A stretch of DNA of 13,821 nt from Octopus sinensis. Taxonomy: Eukaryota. Below the pieces are notes generated by a model that saw only the letters and a program-made list of their open reading frames with translations, did not search any database and was not told the DNA's origin. The DNA lies in NCBI RefSeq assembly GCF_006345805.1, contig NW_021826005.1:1-13821 (forward strand), given 5' to 3'. This document shows, one piece after another, positions 7,909 through 13,821 of this stretch (its first letter is position 1; each line of letters opens with the position of its first letter). The position numbers and the translations under genes are program-made.

Positions 7909-8181
7909 ACCCATTATGTTGGATTGTCTTTGGCGAGAGATCGACTTGATCAGAACTGACCTGGATCTAAACGAGGTCAGCGACAACAACAAGCACAACA
8001 ACAACAACGGGAAGAACAGCGATGACGAAGGCCGCTGACGGCAATAACAAGACGGACAGCTGCAGCAGAAGCAACGACAATAGCATCGCTGACAAAGAGT
8101 AACGTTGAAAAGGACCAAAATAATAACAACCAAGGCAACAATAATAATAACAACGACATCAACAACAACAGCCTTTTCGTC

Positions 8182-8222
8182 CCTCTCTCTCTCTCCTCTC
8201 CTCTCTCTCTCTCTCTCTCTCT
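8182..8222. repeat. (CT)n microsatellite
   Basis: Direct reading. Confidence 0.9.
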
Positions 8223-8414
8223 CGTTTCCACCCCCACCACCCACTATCCTCCATTGGTGTTTTCGTCTTTCGGCAGTTGAAGCATTTTCGCTATAAATAG
8301 AACCACATGTAGCAGCGGAACGGACACACAGACAGACACACACTCGCACAGATACACAGATGCAAAGACACGTGGAGGCTCGGTAACGTACACTCACCGA
8401 AAGATAAACACGCC

Positions 8415-8455
8415 TACACACATATATATACATGCTATTATGCATGTACGTATAT

Positions 8456-8493
<38 letters not shown>

Positions 8494-8717
8494 GTGTGTG
8501 TGTGTGTATATACATATGTATATATTTATGCATGCATGTATATATGTATGTATGTATGCATGTATGTATGTATGTATATGTATGTATGCATGTATGTATG
8601 TATGTATGTATATATATATATACATATGATTGAACGCCTCGCGTCACTTTCTTATTTCTCCAAGTAAGTTTTTATTATATATACATACATATATATATAT
8701 ATATATATATTATGGTG

Positions 8718-8748
<31 letters not shown>

Positions 8749-8858
8749 TACATATATACACCTACATACAAGTGTATATTTGTATTTGTGTGTGTGTGAT
8801 ATAGACAGATACATACATACATACATACATACATACATACATACATACATACATACAT
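8415..8858. repeat. Compound (CA)/(TA)/(TG)/(TATG)n/(TACA)n microsatellite
   Basis: Direct reading; (TATG)n at 8540-8610, (TACA)n at 8810-8858. Confidence 0.95.
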
Positions 8859-9095
8859 AAAATATATGTAAGATTCGGGTGAATATGGTACTTAAGTTGG
8901 TGCACCTAGACCTAGTTAAGTTTGAATAATACACACACAGTAATTTGCAAATATTAACCTCGGTATAGAATTGTCGACAGAATGAGTTCGAATATAGAAT
9001 CCCCTGTTCGGCTATTCAGACAGGTACACTTCTTTAAATGCGCAGTCCGTTATAAAGTTCAGAATATGCAAAGGGCACGTTCTGTGATTGGTATA

Positions 9096-9611
9096 TCTAT
9101 ATATATAAAACTGTAGTTGTGTGAGTGTCTGTCCCCTTCGATTTAGATTCCTAACTACTCCCACATTTTGCGGTGCAGTTTAACCAAATTCGGGTATCTT
9201 ATAGTCGTGATTCATATCGAGCCCGTCTGGCTATTAGCACGCATCTACGATGAGTCTACGATTTTAAAAATAATTTAACATCATTTTTTATTCCATTTTA
9301 ATGCATAAAATGCATCGTGTGTCGATGGCGGCGGAGTTGGCGTCCATGGTCACACCTGCACCTGTGTTGCTTTTCCCCCTTCTTCCCTCCCTCGTGAAGC
9401 TGTGGGGAAGGGAGTGTAAGGAAATCAACGTCGTAAAGCGTTGTCAAGGAGACCAGCGTTCTTTTAGAACAACAACTTCATGGCTTGAAGACACCAAAAC
9501 AGAAACTGCTAAGAAAGCCCGAATTGGCATCTATAAGGGAAGTAACTCTCTAAAAATGCTTATATAGTTATTTCCCTTACAAACCCGAGCAACGCCGGGC
9601 GATACTGCTAG
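9096..9611 (+). mobile_element. Non-autonomous Helitron, copy 1 (516 bp)
   Basis: 5' A|TCTATATATATAAAA; 3' hairpin CCCG-A-GC-AAC-GC-CGGG (9584-9599) 8 nt upstream of terminal CTAG (9608-9611); no TSD or terminal inverted repeats. These are canonical Helitron termini. Confidence 0.88.
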
Positions 9612-9909
9612 TCTTTATATATAAAAGTGAAGTTGTGTGTCTGTCTCCTACGATTTAGATTCCTAGCTACTCCCACATTTTGCGGTGCAGTTTAACCAAA
9701 ACCGGGTATCTTATAGTCGTGATTCATATCGAGCCCTTCTGGGTATTAGCGCGCGTCTACGATGAGTCTACGATTTTAAAAAAATTTACCATCATTTTCT
9801 CCCATTTTTAATGCATTTTTTTGCTATTATATAAGGAAAGTAACTCTCTAAAAATGCTTGTATAGTTATTTCCCTTACAAACCCGAGCAACGCCGGGCGA
9901 TACTGCTAG
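9612..9909 (+). mobile_element. Non-autonomous Helitron, copy 2 (298 bp), fused head-to-tail to copy 1
   Basis: Starts TCTTTATATATAAAA directly after copy 1 CTAG; same hairpin at 9882-9897; CTAG at 9906-9909 followed by T. The pair sits between host A9095 and T9910. Confidence 0.88.
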
Positions 9910-10070
9910 TAACATATAAATGAATGAAAAGTGAAGGATATGTGTCGACCCATTACGGCTGTTTCTCTATTTAATTAGTTAATGAGTACGTTGTATTAAT
10001 TCGAAGGGAACTGTTTTCTTGAGATGGATACTTTACAATGAAGGACATTCGAGATAATTTTTAAATAATA

Positions 10071-10125
10071 CTCTAGCACACACACACACACAACACACAC
10101 ACACACACACAAACATATATGTATA
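10071..10125. repeat. (CA)n microsatellite
   Basis: Direct reading. Confidence 0.85.
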
Positions 10126-10147
10126 ATTATGTCATACTTGGGTGCAA

Positions 10148-10303
10148 GAGTAGCTGTGTGGTAAGTAGCTTGCTTCCCAACCACATGGTTTCGGGTTCAG
10201 TCTCACTGTGTGGCACAGTGGACAAGTGTCTTTTGCTATAGCCTCGGGCCGACCGAAGCCTTTTGAGTGAATTTGGTTGACGGAAACTGAAAGAGGCCTG
10301 TCG

Positions 10304-10365
<62 letters not shown>

Positions 10366-10684
10366 ATGTATATATATATATATATGTGTGTGTGTGTATA
10401 TACACATACAAACATATATGTGTGTATATGTGTATGTGTGTGCATGTGGGTGTATGTTTCTGTGTCTGTGTTTGTCCTCGTACCATCGCTTGACAACCGA
10501 TGCTGGTTTGTTTACGTCTCCGTAACCTAGCGGTTCAGCAACAGAGACCGATAGAACAAGTGCTAGGCTTACAAAAAATGAGTCCTGGGGCGATTTGTTC
10601 GACTATAGGCGGTGCTCCAGCATGGCCGCAGTCAAATGACCGAAACAAATAAAAGAGTAAAAAAAAAAAAAAAATTAAAAAAAA
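10148..10684 (+). mobile_element. Full-length SINE family A with an expanded internal microsatellite and A-rich tail
   Basis: GAGTAGCTGTGTGGTAAGTAGCTTGC...CGGGTTCAGTCTC head; microsatellite about 10303-10475; tail GGCGGTGCTCCAGCATGGCCGCAGTCAAATGACCGAAACAAATAAAAGAG then poly-A. Confidence 0.92.
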
Positions 10685-10869
10685 TTACCAACCAAGAAGA
10701 TGGAATGGACAGGATTAATTATGAAATACAACAATTGTTTCTGCGCCGTAGTATCAGCTTCTAGGTACAGAGCCTTGCATGTCATACTATTGCTATTGTA
10801 GCAGTATATGGAAAACTGAGCGACGAAACAATTGTACATTCAGAAATGTACAAAAGATGATAGTATTTT

Positions 10870-11420
10870 TTGTTGACCTTTATCGACATTGATGGTAAAT
10901 ATCACCTCCCACATTTTTGTCACCATAAGTTCCGACTGTGTCACGTGCTACAAAGGAAGGAATGCGGTAAGACCGTAGAGCTGACGTATTCTTGGGAAGC
11001 GAATATCGAAGGCGATTTCCTCCGGAAAGACAGAAAGTACGAAGAACTGGTTGAAATCTGTGAATACAATGGATGGGAAGTAATATGCTTTTCTGTAGAG
11101 ATATGTCAGAGGAATTTGTTGGAACAAGGGTTCAGTTGATACCCAGGTATCTTGGACTAGTTGCGAAGAAGAAAAAAGAAGCTATCAGGAAATTGTCGAA
11201 AGCTGACAAGAAAGCAATATGGCACGTGTGGTACAGTAAGAACGAGCATTGAGGATGGTAGGGACATCTGGCCCAGAGTTGCAGCTTCTAGTTCAACAAA
11301 GCTCGAACTGTTGTATAGAAGTTTTGTCACTTACATCGGTGGGTGACTCTGGTCAGCTGTAGAGTCGTGGTGGAAACGGTCGAAACGCCTACAGACCTAC
11401 TTCCCTGCCTGATGTGACTT
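10870..11420 (+). mobile_element. Decayed 3' end of an R2-superfamily non-LTR retrotransposon (HERO/NeSL-like): restriction-like endonuclease domain plus probable 3' UTR
   Basis: Frameshifted translation DIDGKYHLPHF / SDCVTCY / VELTYSWEANIEGDFLRKDRKYEELVEICEYNGWEVICFSVEICQR / YLGLVAKKKKEAIRKLSKADKKAIWHVW...stop 11250-11252. This matches the recalled pattern PD..(I/V)ELTVPWE....ERK..KY..L..EC...GW....PVEVG.RG...LG......AIR.....AE....WLW. Upstream boundary uncertain. Confidence 0.8.
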
Positions 11421-11710
11421 CGACTCCTACATTCTCCTTTGAACAGAAATGTTTACCCTCAAGGTTTATTCAGTAATAACTAAAAGAAATCGATAAATAA
11501 TGTATCATAAAGTTTGTTTAACAATGAGAAAAGCATTGTTAATGTTAGTTTAACATTGGATAAAAAAAAGAAGTTTGTTCATATCGTTTTTTAATAATGA
11601 AGAACATGTTCGATCAGAATTGATCAGTATTTCTCGATAATGATATTTCAGCAATGGATAAAAAAAGTCAATATGTGTTCCGTAATAAAGGAAACATTTA
11701 ATAATGTTAG

Positions 11711-11876
11711 CATTTCGCCAGTCGCTACGTTCTGAGTTCAAATTCCGCCGTGTCGACATTGCTTTTCATCCTTTCGAGGTCGATAAATTAAATACCAGTT
11801 ACGCACTGGGGTTGAGGTAATCGACTGATCCCCACTCCCAAAATTTCAGGCCTTGTGCCTATAGTAGAAAAGATTT
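11711..11876 (+). mobile_element. 5'-truncated SINE family B-like copy with a different 3' tail
   Basis: GCTACGTTCTGAGTTCAAATTCCGCCG...ACCAGTTACGCACTGGGGTTGAGGTAATCGACT shared with the 7307 copies, then CCCCACTCCCAAAATTTCAGGCCTTGTGCCTATAGTAGAAAAGATT instead of their tail. Confidence 0.85.
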
Positions 11877-12124
11877 AATAATGTTAGTTCAATGATGATT
11901 GAAATATTAATAGCGTTAGTTCAATAATGACCAAGACAGCGATAATGGTCTTTTAGTAACGAGTCCTAAATATCTATTATTTTACCAAAAAAAAAAAGAA
12001 AATATTGATTCTGGGTTTTTTTATTCAGCAATGAACGAGTCATAATAATAATTCTTTCGGTGATCAAACAAGGAAAATATCTAAATAACTGGTAATCTCT
12101 ATAAAATAATGTGCATAATATTAC

Positions 12125-12351
12125 TCTTACTCTTTTACTTGTTTCAGTCATGTGACTGCGACCATGCTGGAGCACCGCCTTTTAGTTGAGCAAATTGACC
12201 CCAGGACTTATTCTTTGTAGGCACAGTACTTATTCTATCGATCTCTTGTTCCGAACCGCTAAGTGACGGGGACGTAAACACACCAGCATCGGTTGTCAAG
12301 CGTTGTTGTGGGGGACAAACACAGACACGCAAACACACCCATATATATATG

Positions 12352-12383
<32 letters not shown>

Positions 12384-12543
12384 TACGACGGGCTTCTTTC
12401 AGTTTCCGTCTACCAAATCCACTCACAAGGCTTTGGTCGACCCGAGGCTATAGTAGAAGACACTTGCCCAAGGTGACACGCAGTGGGACTGAACCCGGAA
12501 CCATGTGGTTGGTAAGCAAGTTACTTACCACATAGCCACTCCT
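12125..12543 (-). mobile_element. Full-length SINE family A, minus strand
   Basis: Reverse complement of head (AGGAGTGGCTATGTGGTAAGTAAC), body, short internal microsatellite (12310-12385) and tail (TCTTTTACTTGTTTCAGTCATGTGACTGCGACCATGCTGGAGCACCGCC on +). Confidence 0.92.
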
Positions 12544-12547
12544 GGGG

Positions 12548-12655
12548 CAATATTGTGCCTGTGTTTGTCCACCACCAACACTTGACAACTGGTGTTGGTT
12601 TGTTTATGTCCCTGTGACCTTGCTGTTTGGAAAAAAATGCCGGATAGAATTGCTT
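12548..12655 (+). mobile_element. Degenerate internal fragment of a family A-like SINE
   Basis: GTGTTTGTCCACCACCAACACTTGACAACTGGTGTTGGTTTGTTTATGTCCCTGTGACCTT resembles the post-microsatellite body. Confidence 0.65.
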
Positions 12656-12754
12656 ACTGTTTAAAGTTGTTCGTCAATGAGGACGACGACGTTGTCCCCC
12701 TAGGAGTCTTGTCCTAGATTTTGTGAGTTTGATAGATGTGAAAATAGTCCCATC

Positions 12755-12870
12755 CTGGAAATGGCATGTTCTTGCACAAAGATGCCGTTTCCTAAGATGG
12801 GTCGGCCACGTTATCAGGATGTCTGACAATCGTCTCCCGAAAATGGTCCCCTTGGGAGGGCTATCAACCC
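12755..12870 (+). mobile_element. Fragment of the C-terminal ORF region of an RTE/L2-type LINE
   Basis: Plus-strand translation VLAQRCRFLRWVGHVIRMSDNRLPKMVPLGGL matches the recalled LRW.GHV.RM...RLPK..L.G.L motif downstream of the RT domain in RTE-like LINEs. Confidence 0.75.
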
Positions 12871-12889
12871 TTGTTTGCACGCACTGTTT

Positions 12890-12955
12890 GCAGTGGGACT
12901 GAACCCGGAACCATGTGGTTGGTAAGCAAGCTACTTACCACACAGCCACTCCTGC
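12890..12955 (-). mobile_element. Isolated tRNA-like head of SINE family A, minus strand
   Basis: 61/63 identical to 12481-12543. Confidence 0.85.
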
Positions 12956-13752
12956 GCCCGTAACAGAGTAAGTAACAGAATTAGAAAAAAAAAAACCTCC
13001 CAGGTCACCATTCTTGATAAATGACTTCAATAGCAACCACAAGGTGTGCATCGATCCGAAGTATACTTTCAAGTGAACAACAATAATAATTTTGTTTTCA
13101 TCTTTTTTTATTCTCGCCTTTTCTTTTTTCATTACATTTTATACTCCGCGGTTGACATCAAACATTCGACACCGCCTATTTTTCACAGACTTTCGGTTTG
13201 TTTACAGTCAACAAACACTCGAATACCAACGAGAAAATACGAAATAGAAACACAGACAACACCCAATCATACGCATACATATCTATCAAATTTAATAAAA
13301 CAATGTTTTATAAAATGTTATTCCGAAGTAATATACATTTTTCTTTCGAAAATCACTTTTCTATTCATTATTTTTATATAAGCACCAACAAATTTCACAA
13401 AAGTTATATCATAATTATCGTACGTACACCATGTTTCTAGATATTATTCGTCAGAGGGTGGATGGAAATCAAGTTCAATAATATACAAATTGTGATAATG
13501 TTTTCCTTTCTTTTCTTTTCATAATAATGTCTATAATATACTCAATATTTATTTAATAATGAGAGAATTCTCGGTAACTCTTTTTAATTTAATAACGTAC
13601 AAAATATCGATAAAATTTGTTAAGTAATTATTAAATTATTTCATATTTTTATGCCGTGAGTAGAAGAGCAAACGAACAAGTTTTGATAGTTTGACATTTC
13701 TTTTTTCAATAACGAAACTCTGTTCTTCATATGTGTTTTAACAGCGAAGAGT

Positions 13753-13792
13753 GCAGCCATGGCTGTGTGGTTAAGGTACTTGTTTCGGAAAC
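13753..13792 (+). mobile_element. Possible degenerate SINE family A head fragment
   Basis: GCAGCCATGGCTGTGTGGTTAAGGTACTTGTTTC resembles GAGTAGCTGTGTGGTAAGTAGCTTGCTTC at 10148. Confidence 0.45.
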
Positions 13793-13821
13793 GGTGTGAG
13801 CAAAACGTTTCATACTACATT

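Noticed and set aside
7916-7954. MLDCLWREIDL resembles the Nrf2/CNC DLG region (DILWRQDIDLG)
   Set aside because: Needs a gap, lacks the key Gly, and has no supporting CNC context; likely coincidence.
11368-11420. GAAAC ... CTGATG motifs suggesting a hammerhead ribozyme
   Set aside because: Core is CTGATGT rather than CTGATGA, and I could not build stem III with an NUH cleavage triplet.
13745-13775. Possible 31-nt micro-exon (TTTTAACAG| ... AAG|GTACTT)
   Set aside because: Has a stop in phase 0 (the phase needed after 3962), a weak donor, and overlaps a probable SINE head fragment.

Overview
Eukaryotic, repeat-dense genomic DNA, most likely from an octopus or related coleoid cephalopod. This is inferred from the very high (CA)/(TA)/(CT)/trinucleotide microsatellite load and the tRNA-derived SINE types; no database check was possible. 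The only well-supported host coding sequence is one large low-complexity exon on the + strand. Its frame is open from 2247, the first in-frame ATG is at 3018, and it ends at a perfect phase-0 donor ACG|GTAAGT at 3962/3963. It encodes poly-Thr/Gly/Ser/Gln tracts and a short complex C-terminal stretch I cannot assign to a gene. The rest looks intronic or intergenic: at least three tRNA-derived SINE families (one as a local tandem triplication), two non-autonomous Helitrons fused head-to-tail, a decayed restriction-like-endonuclease end of an R2-superfamily (HERO/NeSL-like) retrotransposon, an RTE-type LINE fragment and many microsatellites. Nearly all other long ORFs in the track are microsatellite artefacts. 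The most interesting signals are the mirrored, self-complementary repeat tracts inside the coding exon (candidate dsRNA/ADAR substrate), the Helitron dimer and the SINE triplication.
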